From the sequence record NC_048016.1: DNA of 64,000 nt; one strand, written 5' to 3'. Below the pieces are notes generated by a model. It was not told the origin of the DNA. It did not search any database and was given only the letters and a program-made list of their open reading frames with translations. This document shows positions 37,824 through 46,379 of this stretch, piece after piece (position 1 is the stretch's first letter; every line of letters starts with the position of its first letter). The position numbers and the translations under genes are program-made.

Positions 37824-38174
37824 ATGGCTAAACGTATCAAATGTGTTGACCTGAATCGCGCAAAGAACCAGTTCTTAAACCAGCTGTCTTTGGTGATTGC
37901 CCGCTTGAACTACAAACACACCCAGCGTGAAATCGCAGCGGTCTGTGGTGTTTCCACCTCCATCATCAGTAACATCAAGAACGACAAGAAAGACATGGTG
38001 TCGCTCGACGCGTTGATGACGGTTGCGAAGAAGCTTGGTTTAGACTTCGAAGTTGCCCTGCGCAACAAAGATAACCAAACCCAAGTGCGTGTGCATGTGG
38101 AGTCAGCTTTAGAATACCAGACCCGTATCAAAGGGGCAGGGTTCAAAGTCCACCACGAACTGCGTTTACACTAA
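37824..38174 (+). CDS. XRE-family helix-turn-helix protein (116 aa)
   Basis: TQREIAAVCGVSTSIISNIKNDK..VSLDALMTVAKKLGL. Confidence 0.85.
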   Translation: MAKRIKCVDLNRAKNQFLNQLSLVIARLNYKHTQREIAAVCGVSTSIISNIKNDKKDMVSLDALMTVAKKLGLDFEVALRNKDNQTQVRVHVESALEYQTRIKGAGFKVHHELRLH

Positions 38175-38183
38175 GGGCCAATC

Positions 38184-38474
38184 ATGGGATTGTCAGCAGA
38201 GACCAAACGGATAAAAATGGAAGGTATTCGCGTTGCCTTACAGAGAAGCCGGACAAAGTTGGATGAAGAGATGGCCAAGCTTCCTGCTACGGGCATTATT
38301 CCGTTTGATACGGTTCCGCACTTTAACGAAATCAACCGACTACTGGTGCGTATTCGTAATCTGAACATCGCCCTAGCGTATCTTGCGGGGATTCCAAATG
38401 GCGTTCAAGCGTTAGCGTATAAAGTCACTGCACCGCGTATCTCGCAAGTGGTGAAAGCTGTGTTAAAGATGTAG
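38184..38474 (+). CDS. Hypothetical protein (96 aa)
   Basis: TAAGGG RBS; terminator follows. Confidence 0.6.
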   Translation: MGLSAETKRIKMEGIRVALQRSRTKLDEEMAKLPATGIIPFDTVPHFNEINRLLVRIRNLNIALAYLAGIPNGVQALAYKVTAPRISQVVKAVLKM

Positions 38475-38482
38475 TAGAAAAT

Positions 38483-38513
38483 GGGGGCCTAAACCGCCCC
38501 CGCTTCTTTTTTT
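38483..38513 (+). terminator. Intrinsic terminator
   Basis: GGGGGC...GCCCCC then T tract. Confidence 0.6.
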
Positions 38514-38535
38514 ATTCTTTTTAATGGAGTCCGTA

Positions 38536-38994
38536 ATGGAAGACAATCTTGAATACAGATACCACGGTTTCGGTCATTCGCCGGAGTATAAAGTCTGGTG
38601 GTCCATGCGCGAACGGTGCACTAACCCAGAAGACCCGGCGTGGGATAAATATGGCGGGGCAGGTATCGGGTGCTCTGAAGGGTGGAAAAAGTCCGTTGCG
38701 TTATTCATGCACGACATGGGCCTTCGCCCCTCCGATAAACACACCCTAGAGAGAATCGACAACAGCAAAGGATACAGCAAGGAGAATTGTCGCTGGGCCA
38801 CGCGTAAAGAACAGGCGAGAAATAGACGCAGTAATGTCTTTGTTGAGTATAAAGGTGAGAAGTGGTATTTGACAGACGCCGCTAAAGACATGGGGATGTC
38901 TTATCAGAATCTACAGAAGCATTTAAGAAAGGGCAGGACAGCAGACGAAATAGCCGCCACATGGAAGAAAAAGTACAAGTGCGAACGAAAATGA
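38536..38994 (+). mobile_element. Free-standing HNH homing endonuclease (152 aa)
   Basis: EYKVWWSMRERC.NP...YGGAGI, TLERIDNSKGYSKENCRWAT.KEQARN, C-terminal HTH; ATG 38536 behind GGAG. Confidence 0.88.
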
Positions 38995-39018
38995 TTTCAG
39001 ATAGATATAATCATCATG
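38994..39018 (+). promoter_or_regulatory. Candidate early promoter, copy 5
   Basis: ATTTCAGATAGATATAAT-catc-ATG; abuts the HNH stop codon. Confidence 0.7.
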
Positions 39019-39069
39019 AGAGAATACTAATACTCTCTTATAATCCACTTAAACAAAAGGAAATTTATC

Positions 39070-39375
39070 ATGGGCTTATTATCTAAACTGTTCGGCGAAG
39101 AAACCACCACCACTTCTGTTAAGAATCCACTGGACAACACTATCGTTGTTGACAAAGACCTTGGCTTCTTTGCTGAAGAAGTTGCACGTATCGGTGTTGC
39201 ATTATCTCATGCACACTCTCGTAGCGACAGCCGCAAAATGGCACGCTGCTTAGCGGCACTGCGCTTACTGCGCGAAATGAACGAAGACTCTGGTTTCCAG
39301 TTGGCAATGCCTAAGAACCTGAGCAAATATCGTATGCGTAAAGCACGCGGCGATTTCCCTTTCCTGAATGTATAA
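39070..39375 (+). CDS. Early hypothetical protein (101 aa)
   Basis: AAGGA RBS; biased codon usage. Confidence 0.75.
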   Translation: MGLLSKLFGEETTTTSVKNPLDNTIVVDKDLGFFAEEVARIGVALSHAHSRSDSRKMARCLAALRLLREMNEDSGFQLAMPKNLSKYRMRKARGDFPFLNV

Positions 39376-39403
39376 ACTAATCATCCCCCTCAAGGAGTTC
39401 ACC

Positions 39404-39610
39404 ATGTTTAATGCAGTTCTGTCCATCGTCAGCCGTTTCACCACTAAAGAAGTAGTAGAAGTTGCTGCTCCCGTTGTGGAGCCGCGCCCGGAGAATTTCG
39501 GCGTGCGTCTGGCTGTGCTGTGCACAGACCTGCATCAAGCAATGGCTGATAACCGCTGGAAGGATGTCGAAGTTCTGCGCAAGCAGATTGACGCCCTTCT
39601 GGGTAAATAA
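39404..39610 (+). CDS. Small protein with UVR-like C-terminal hairpin (68 aa)
   Basis: ATG 39404 behind AAGGAG; LCTDLHQAMADNRWKDVEVLRKQIDALL. Confidence 0.65.
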   Translation: MFNAVLSIVSRFTTKEVVEVAAPVVEPRPENFGVRLAVLCTDLHQAMADNRWKDVEVLRKQIDALLGK

Positions 39611-39614
39611 AAGA

Positions 39615-39640
39615 GGCACCTTCGGGTGCCCTTATTTTTT
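39615..39640 (+). terminator. Intrinsic terminator
   Basis: GGCACC-TTCG-GGTGCC then T tract. Confidence 0.78.
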
Positions 39641-39665
39641 CTGTAAATTGTAAGGAGTAATCACA

Positions 39666-40298
39666 ATGGATAATAACCAAACCAAGCGTATAGGTAATCG
39701 TCGTAGCAACCTGCCGATTGTGGGAGAGGTGGTGTATATAAGGGGTCTTCTTACAGAAGATTCTTTTGACCCTGCGAAAATTGAAAAGCGTGGCGGTGTC
39801 GTTAAGATGCTGGACTACAAAACAGGCGTTCATCTCCGTTTGTACCGGAAAGCCGTGGACTACATGCTCTCTCTGGCAGAGTTCGCGGACGGCTATAAAG
39901 CTGTCGGCATGGAATCCACTGTGGCGGTATCGGATTACTCAGCTCACATCGAGCAGCTTTTCGAGGCACTCGAGGCTGTCGAAACTGTGTCCGAAGGCAT
40001 TCCAACCACCCTTGCGGAGTCTGCGCAAGAAAACGTCCCCGGGTCAGAAAAGCAGCCAGCATTAACGTTGGAACTGGCGGAGGTGATGGCGTGGCTGAAT
40101 AACCCTAATGCGGTTAACGGCTTAACCCTAGAACAGGTCTTGGAACTGACCCAAGCGCTCCAAATGCAACTTGGCTACATCGTCGGGAAAGTTGGACTGT
40201 TGCATAACGAAGCGACGCGTCCCGAGCGTACCAGTTCACTGCTCGGCGGTAGTTCCCTACTCAGCCCTTGCGGTAGTAGCCAATCTTTTAGACTCTAA
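39666..40298 (+). CDS. Hypothetical protein (210 aa), possibly head-associated
   Basis: GTAAGGAGTAAT RBS; VGME-S, ALE-A and LAE-S resemble maturation sites. Confidence 0.65.
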   Translation: MDNNQTKRIGNRRSNLPIVGEVVYIRGLLTEDSFDPAKIEKRGGVVKMLDYKTGVHLRLYRKAVDYMLSLAEFADGYKAVGMESTVAVSDYSAHIEQLFEALEAVETVSEGIPTTLAESAQENVPGSEKQPALTLELAEVMAWLNNPNAVNGLTLEQVLELTQALQMQLGYIVGKVGLLHNEATRPERTSSLLGGSSLLSPCGSSQSFRL

Positions 40299-40334
40299 TA
40301 GACCCATCGACCTTTTATCCGTAAGGAGTAATCT

Positions 40335-40982
40335 ATGTTAACACCAGTCCAGTCTCTGTTAGATGTAACGTACGCCCCTGCCATCGCTGGCATGAAAGAT
40401 GGCGTAGAGCAATTTTTGACAACCGTCGAGAGCGTGCCTTTCGACCAGTTTGCGTATCTGAACGAAGACTTTGAAGTTGAGCAGCTCGCCATCTGCTTCT
40501 TGGATGCAGACGTTGTCAGTGTGGTTATCCAAGGGGGCTTAGATAAAGCGGCCATTAAGTCACTGACCAACTACTACACCAACGCCGTTGCGGTGCGTGT
40601 GTACTACAGCGATCAAGAAGATTTCCCGAAAGGCGATGACTGGTCTGTAGAGGGCCTGTCGTTCCTGATGGACAATCCACCGTTTGACGAATCCCTCCCA
40701 GCGTTCGAAGCGACGCAGGACGATGTGTTCGTTACCATCAAAGTCGGCGACAAGGCCATGCTCGGTACCCTGCTCAGCGACCTCAATACGTTCTCGGTCA
40801 TGGCAACCGGTGAATACCAGCCTGAGATGGAAAACGAACTGAAAGTGGCGATGGCTTATTGTAATGGGCAAGAGTGTCGCTTACTGGTACAAGCGTATCA
40901 CAACTCATGGATAAAGCCGATGCTGGACATGGGCTTTGAAGCAAACCGCTGGATTCTCAAGGCTGACTTCAACCACCTCTGA
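40335..40982 (+). CDS. Possible degenerate tandem GNAT-fold protein (215 aa)
   Basis: GTAAGGAGTAAT RBS; C-terminus CRLLVQAYHNSWIKPMLDMGF resembles GNAT motif B; no motif A. Confidence 0.4.
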   Translation: MLTPVQSLLDVTYAPAIAGMKDGVEQFLTTVESVPFDQFAYLNEDFEVEQLAICFLDADVVSVVIQGGLDKAAIKSLTNYYTNAVAVRVYYSDQEDFPKGDDWSVEGLSFLMDNPPFDESLPAFEATQDDVFVTIKVGDKAMLGTLLSDLNTFSVMATGEYQPEMENELKVAMAYCNGQECRLLVQAYHNSWIKPMLDMGFEANRWILKADFNHL

Positions 40983-41062
40983 TAATTTACAGCACCTACC
41001 GATGTTATAGCCGCCGCTGTCCGGTTAAAGACAGCCCCAACCTTAATTGAGAGAAAATAGAA

Positions 41063-41824
41063 ATGGCTAAAGTATTTGCGACCTACCAAGAGATGCAGCA
41101 GACAGTTGATGTCATGGCAACGATGATTTCCATCAACCACAAACGTCGGCTGGTTTTTTATCGTGAGAAAGCAACCAACCATTCTGTGCGCACCATCCGT
41201 ACCGCAATTATTGATCTGACAACAGACGTGGTCACGCCATTGCAGGCCTCGTTTAAGATGGACGGTCCGACCAATGCTCCATTGACCCCAATGGCGAAAT
41301 GGAAAGGGTTTCGTCATGCCTTCTCTAGGTTCTTCTTTACGCGTATTGCTCGTAAACCGGAGTTGTTGTTACTGGCGAACAACCGTGACCTCAACTTACT
41401 GGTAACGGAGCTGCCTGAGTTAGCGTATCTGTTGGAATTCAACAAATACCTGAAACGGGCCTGCTTCACGCACATCGCAGCAGAAGACATGGAGAGCAAG
41501 GACGGTTGGCCGACCTACTTTACGTGGTCATCAACGCACCGCCATCAACACAGTGTCCGCCAGATACTCGTAGGGCGTACACTGAAATGGCGTGGCAATG
41601 GTGTCAGCAGCAGTCTGCCGCATGTCAACGTTGAGGTTAATATCTCAAAGTACGGCATCACGGCGAAAGACATCGGTAAGATTCAATACCTGAGTTTTGC
41701 CTTGACCTATCCGGTTGCAGATTGGCCAAAGATTGACGATTTACTGCAAGACCCGCAGATTGAGCCACTGGTTGACCTGTGGTTATGTCCGCGTATTACT
41801 ATCGAGCCGAAGCACGCCGGTTAA
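41063..41824 (+). CDS. Hypothetical protein (253 aa)
   Basis: Long ORF in operon. Confidence 0.7.
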   Translation: MAKVFATYQEMQQTVDVMATMISINHKRRLVFYREKATNHSVRTIRTAIIDLTTDVVTPLQASFKMDGPTNAPLTPMAKWKGFRHAFSRFFFTRIARKPELLLLANNRDLNLLVTELPELAYLLEFNKYLKRACFTHIAAEDMESKDGWPTYFTWSSTHRHQHSVRQILVGRTLKWRGNGVSSSLPHVNVEVNISKYGITAKDIGKIQYLSFALTYPVADWPKIDDLLQDPQIEPLVDLWLCPRITIEPKHAG

Positions 41825-41855
41825 AGCGTGACCCTTACTCATTGGAGATAAAAGA

Positions 41856-42530
41856 ATGGCAACACTGGATTTCGTTAAGAAAGGTATGGCGATTGAAGAA
41901 CTGACAAAGAAGCCGAGCGTGGTAGAGCACCCTGAACTCCCAACGATTATGATGGCGGGACAGAAGCTGCTTCTGCTGAGCGACTCCGTTGCTAACATCC
42001 ACTTCATTGTGGCGGAAGCCGGCGGCTTTGTTACGCGTGTCTTCAACCGGGTAAAGCCTGTGGCTGATGGAAAGGCCACGCTCCTTATCTATCGTCAAAT
42101 CATTCGCGACGAACGCGGCATGTACTTCTTTAAAGTCTTGGCCAGTAAGCCTAAGGCGTTGGAAGCTTTCATGAAGCAAGACCAGCAGGGACTGATTGCA
42201 GCTTCACCGCTGTTCTACGGTCTGTGCCGGGCGTACGTGGAATCAGGACAACACCGCATCAGCGGTTTAGACACACGCGAACAGTGGTCTGCCCCGCAAT
42301 GGGTGGGTTCGCTGCGGGGTGAAGTGGCCGGGAAAGCCATTAACTTCAAACGCACCGTGGGTTATCGTCCTGCAACCAAAGATACACGTGTTGTCTATCG
42401 CTTCGAAGGCGCATTCGGAATGACCCTGACCTTAGCGCAGGACTTACCGGGTGTGTCGTGGAGCAAAGCTGCGGACTATTTAGCGTTGCCGAAAGTCACG
42501 GCAATTCTCAAAGAGTTCTACGAGCTGTAA
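41856..42530 (+). CDS. Hypothetical protein (224 aa)
   Basis: GGAGA RBS; terminator follows. Confidence 0.7.
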   Translation: MATLDFVKKGMAIEELTKKPSVVEHPELPTIMMAGQKLLLLSDSVANIHFIVAEAGGFVTRVFNRVKPVADGKATLLIYRQIIRDERGMYFFKVLASKPKALEAFMKQDQQGLIAASPLFYGLCRAYVESGQHRISGLDTREQWSAPQWVGSLRGEVAGKAINFKRTVGYRPATKDTRVVYRFEGAFGMTLTLAQDLPGVSWSKAADYLALPKVTAILKEFYEL

Positions 42531-42535
42531 TAAGC

Positions 42536-42570
42536 AGGCCACCTTCGGGTGGTCTTTTTCTTTTATTTTT
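42536..42570 (+). terminator. Intrinsic terminator
   Basis: AGGCCACC-TTCG-GGTGGTCT then T tract. Confidence 0.85.
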
Positions 42571-42592
42571 ACACTAACTCCCGAATGTATGT
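42567..42592 (+). promoter_or_regulatory. Bipartite promoter candidate TTTTAC-N15-TATGT
   Basis: Exact motif 31 nt upstream of the ATG at 42624. Confidence 0.55.
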
Positions 42593-42623
42593 ATCACGCT
42601 CATTATAATCTCAGGAGTCATTC

Positions 42624-43577
42624 ATGCCCATTATTCGACTGTCAGTCGGTGTGCTAAAAACCCAAGAGTTTGCACATCTGGCCGATAACCCCAAACTGTG
42701 GATGCGACTTAAGTCGCACGTTAAAGATGACGACATGCGCGTCTATGCCTTGGTTACCGCCGGTGGCATTCCCCAAGCTTACGCGGTGTGCAGTTACACC
42801 AGTGGGTCTACGTCGCTGCTGTGCAGTTACTTCGAAGACCTTATCCCGGCCAGCATTAACCGTCCGTTCTGGTTGGCGCTACTCGACTACACCGGCTTTG
42901 ACGTTCTGCGTATCGTTGCCCCGAACGACACCATCGGTGAAATCGTTAAGGGTTACGAGTTCAAACTGGTTGAAGAGATGTGGGTCGGTAACGTTACACC
43001 GTACCGTGGCTTCCCGGTCTCGGAGAACATCCACAGTGTCTCTGGTGATGCGTTCTATAAGCTCAGCACCGAAGATGTGGAAGACCTGCACAAACTCATC
43101 TGGGCGGCAACTGTCGCTGAAATTAATACCGATGTCTTGGAACGCCGTCTCACGCAGATGGTGCCCAACGGTATGGATGAAGTGCTGGGACGCACCGGGG
43201 ATTACCACTACGAAGTGTTTGTGCTGCGTGAACCCGAGCTGAAGAATAAAATCATTGGCTTTGCCTACTGCCACAAACTCGAACCGGGTTATATTGCGGT
43301 TGGGGGTCTAGGTGTTGCACAGGAGCACCAGAACAAACGTCACGGGCGTAAGCTTGCGGCGGCGGTATTGGCCCACGCCTCGGGGATGACCGATCAGGTG
43401 TACGCAACGGTGTTGTCGCAGAACCATGCGTCACGTCATCTGTTTGCGGATATCCTAAAGTTCAAACCGGTGATGTCCGTTTACGGCATCAGTCGCAACG
43501 AAGTGGATAAGCCTGTACCGCACGTAACCAAGGTCGCTGCTGAGAAGCGCGCCAAACAGATGCTGGGACTGTTATAG
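42624..43577 (+). CDS. Tandem GNAT acetyltransferase (317 aa)
   Basis: C-terminal half IIGFAYC..YIAVGGLGVAQEHQNKRHGRKLA..TVLSQNHASRHLF; N-terminal half a degenerate GNAT. Confidence 0.78.
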   Translation: MPIIRLSVGVLKTQEFAHLADNPKLWMRLKSHVKDDDMRVYALVTAGGIPQAYAVCSYTSGSTSLLCSYFEDLIPASINRPFWLALLDYTGFDVLRIVAPNDTIGEIVKGYEFKLVEEMWVGNVTPYRGFPVSENIHSVSGDAFYKLSTEDVEDLHKLIWAATVAEINTDVLERRLTQMVPNGMDEVLGRTGDYHYEVFVLREPELKNKIIGFAYCHKLEPGYIAVGGLGVAQEHQNKRHGRKLAAAVLAHASGMTDQVYATVLSQNHASRHLFADILKFKPVMSVYGISRNEVDKPVPHVTKVAAEKRAKQMLGLL

Positions 43578-43613
43578 TCCGAAGGCACGGCTAACTATTA
43601 TAAAAGGGTGAGC

Positions 43614-43640
43614 GACGCTCTGGATAGCTTACAGGGCGTC
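43614..43640 (+). promoter_or_regulatory. Hairpin in the dam leader
   Basis: GACGCTCTG-9 nt-CAGGGCGTC just before the GAGGT RBS; TATTATAA upstream. Confidence 0.4.
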
Positions 43641-43656
43641 TGACGAGGTATTTCGG

Positions 43657-44478
43657 ATGAAGCGATCGTTTATAAAATGGATGGGGGGTAAATCCCGTGT
43701 AATGGATGCGCTGAAGCACCATCTTCCCAAGGGGGACGTGTTCATTGAACCGTTCGTTGGCGGTGGGTCCGTGTTTCTGAACACCGACTATCCTGAATAC
43801 ATTTTGGCCGATTCAAATCCTGACCTTATTCAGTTAATGGAAGTTGCCGCATACCAGCCGGCGTTGTTAATTGAGCAAGCGAAGGTGTTGTTCGGCGGTG
43901 GTGAACGTGATGATTACATGGCGCACCGCAAGGCCTTTAATACCCGGGACGGGGAGCCGCACGTCAGGGCTGCCATGTTCCTGTATTTGAATCGCCATGG
44001 TTACAACGGTCTGTGCCGTTACAATAAATCTGGGGGGTATAACGTTCCGTACGGTCGCCACCCCAGTAAGCCGTATCTGCCCGAGAAGGAGATTCTCGAA
44101 TTTGCAGAGAAAGTGAAGAAAGGAAAGGTGACTTTCTTGTGTGCTGACTTTCAGCAGACGGTTGCACTCGCACAACAGCAGAATAAGCGTAAGGTCGTCA
44201 TCTATTGTGATCCGCCTTACGTACCCAGTAGCAAAACATCTTCCTTTGCGCAGTACCACAAAAACGAATTTGGTCAAGCCGAGCACCGTGCATTAGCCAA
44301 CGTGCTGATGGACGCCAGACGCTCGGGGGCCAAAGTGGTATTGTCAAACTCCGATACCGTTCTGACCCGCGATATCTATCACGGCTTTACCTTTCACACG
44401 GTAGAAGTCGGTAGACACATGGCGGCGAAGAAAGAGAAACGGGGTAAAGTAATTGAAGTGATTGCAACGCTATTCTGA
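43657..44478 (+). CDS. dam: DNA adenine methyltransferase, Dam family (273 aa)
   Basis: FIKWMGGKS, FIEPFVGGGSV, FLYLNRHGYNGLCRYN..GGYNVPYG, IYCDPPY, LSNSD. Confidence 0.95.
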   Translation: MKRSFIKWMGGKSRVMDALKHHLPKGDVFIEPFVGGGSVFLNTDYPEYILADSNPDLIQLMEVAAYQPALLIEQAKVLFGGGERDDYMAHRKAFNTRDGEPHVRAAMFLYLNRHGYNGLCRYNKSGGYNVPYGRHPSKPYLPEKEILEFAEKVKKGKVTFLCADFQQTVALAQQQNKRKVVIYCDPPYVPSSKTSSFAQYHKNEFGQAEHRALANVLMDARRSGAKVVLSNSDTVLTRDIYHGFTFHTVEVGRHMAAKKEKRGKVIEVIATLF

Positions 44479-44487
44479 GAGGTGCCT

Positions 44488-45318
44488 ATGCGAGTTTATG
44501 ATTTACGCGACCAAACCACACACCGTGAGAAGGTGAACTTCAACGGAGCAACGACCATGATAGGCAGTGTCTATCGGGCCGTCCAACACTTACTGGCGGG
44601 CAAGCTGGTGAGTTCGGAAGTGTTCCTTGTGGTCACCCGGGGTAACAACGCACAGATGATGTTCACCTGTGACCGTGATAACCGCTGTCTGTATATCCAC
44701 GGTGTGACACCTTTGGCGGACACGCCTTTTACAAATTGGAAGACACTGCTGAAGCACCTTGAGTGTGAGGTCGTGGATGTGACGTGTAACCCGCACGATT
44801 ATGAACGGCACGACGATTGCAGGAAGATGGGGTTGGTCAATGTCAGTCAGCGCGTCAAGATAGCGGTGGCGCGTCAAGCACCCCTGCCGGAGATGGTGTA
44901 CTGGCGATTGGATGAAATCAACCTCACGCAATCTGTCGAGCTTGGGCGCATTGCGCTGAACCGTTCGGGTAAGTTTGGTCAGTCCCTGCTTGAGGGCTTA
45001 GCCCTTGGCAATACCACCGGCGTTGTGGTACCCAATGATGCAGGCGACATCGTTGGGGCGCTGTTGTATGTTGATGGCGAAAAGGAAATTCAATCGGAGG
45101 GCGTCATCATTAATGCGGCCGCAGGTACCCCTGTGTACGTGCAGTGGTTTATGTTATTGATGAATGCTTTTATACGTGAAGCTAAGCGGTTACGTAAACC
45201 GGCTATCGCCTCCTTTGCTCCGGCAATCGATGTGAAAGTACCGATACCGCATGTTGAGACTACAGTTGTCACCGTCCACTTCGGTTTGGCTGGACGGGAG
45301 GCAGGCGCAGTCTTTTAG
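44488..45318 (+). CDS. Possible degenerate tandem GNAT-fold protein (276 aa)
   Basis: Two repeats of strand-strand-helix-strand pattern, CRKMGL and FIREAKRLRKPAI; no clear motif A. Confidence 0.45.
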   Translation: MRVYDLRDQTTHREKVNFNGATTMIGSVYRAVQHLLAGKLVSSEVFLVVTRGNNAQMMFTCDRDNRCLYIHGVTPLADTPFTNWKTLLKHLECEVVDVTCNPHDYERHDDCRKMGLVNVSQRVKIAVARQAPLPEMVYWRLDEINLTQSVELGRIALNRSGKFGQSLLEGLALGNTTGVVVPNDAGDIVGALLYVDGEKEIQSEGVIINAAAGTPVYVQWFMLLMNAFIREAKRLRKPAIASFAPAIDVKVPIPHVETTVVTVHFGLAGREAGAVF

Positions 45319-45327
45319 GAGAGACTG

Positions 45328-46065
45328 ATGATTAATGATATCACCGAGCAGGTTCTGCGTGGTGAGGGCATCGACCCTCAGTACGTGGATATGGTCAACG
45401 CGTGGCTCGCGCTGCCCGTTGAGCAGAAGACTGAAAAGCGTGTCTTCATTATCGCCAAAAACCGTTTGATGTTTATGGTTATCGACCGGGAGTTCTTAGT
45501 GGGTACTGTACAACAGTACATTGCCCTTAATGACGGCCCGGCGGATATGACGATGCTACCGGCGTATTTAGGTTTGCGTGAGATTCACCTTTATACCCAA
45601 CAGCCGTCACTCTATGAACCAGACGGATGGCGATTAAGCCGGGTTATCATGACGAAAGAAACCGGGTTCTCTACCTCGTTTCCTGTTTCTGTTGAGACGA
45701 ACGCAGTGCTCAGTGAAAACGAGTTATGGGATTTCTTAGTGCTGATGCGAGAACAAGGTCAGACGGAAGTGCTAAGAATGCTCGGCGAAGGTACGGCGTG
45801 TATCCATGTTTACCGTGATGGGTTAGAACGTGGGTTCATTGTAACAAACGTTGAGGGGCCACTGGGTCTCTTGGCAATGGTAGGCGAAGGTATACCGGCG
45901 TTCGACGCACTTATTCGGGCGTTTGACTATATTGCGGGTCAGCGGGGCTTTGGCACCGTCGCAGGCACTTACGGCAACCCCTTACTGGGTGTCGCTGCAG
46001 AAATTGGGTATGTACCCACACTCACCACTGTCATCCTGACAGACCATTTAACAGAGAAGGAGTAA
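45328..46065 (+). CDS. Possible degenerate tandem GNAT-fold protein (245 aa)
   Basis: RGFIVT..LLAMVG..FDALIRAFDYIAGQRGFGTV..AAEIGY pattern. Confidence 0.45.
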   Translation: MINDITEQVLRGEGIDPQYVDMVNAWLALPVEQKTEKRVFIIAKNRLMFMVIDREFLVGTVQQYIALNDGPADMTMLPAYLGLREIHLYTQQPSLYEPDGWRLSRVIMTKETGFSTSFPVSVETNAVLSENELWDFLVLMREQGQTEVLRMLGEGTACIHVYRDGLERGFIVTNVEGPLGLLAMVGEGIPAFDALIRAFDYIAGQRGFGTVAGTYGNPLLGVAAEIGYVPTLTTVILTDHLTEKE

Positions 46066-46067
46066 TA

Positions 46068-46346
46068 ATGCAGATCAATCGTCGTTTAGCAAAAAACAAA
46101 GACATCGTTTATGAAGTTAAAGACGGTAACGATGTCGCGTTCCACGGTTTAGTTGACGTCAACACGCGTCGCTTACACATCGTGGTACCCGAAACTGTGA
46201 CACGCGGTATTGAGCGCGCTGTGGTTAAGCTTGTTGCGAAAGCCAAGCATCGGGATGGGATTCTCAGTGAGTACACCACTCACGAGTTTTCTGAGTTTGT
46301 TGAAGAAGGCGGTGAAACGCTGATTAAGCAGGCAGTCGCTGTTTAA
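46068..46346 (+). CDS. Hypothetical protein (92 aa)
   Basis: AAGGAGTAAT RBS. Confidence 0.7.
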   Translation: MQINRRLAKNKDIVYEVKDGNDVAFHGLVDVNTRRLHIVVPETVTRGIERAVVKLVAKAKHRDGILSEYTTHEFSEFVEEGGETLIKQAVAV

Positions 46347-46379
46347 TTGTATGACCCTACAACTGTTCGAGGTTAGACC

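Noticed and set aside
43578-43656. Mu mom-style GATC cluster controlling the GNAT/dam genes
   Set aside because: No GATC in the dam leader or in the leader of 42624
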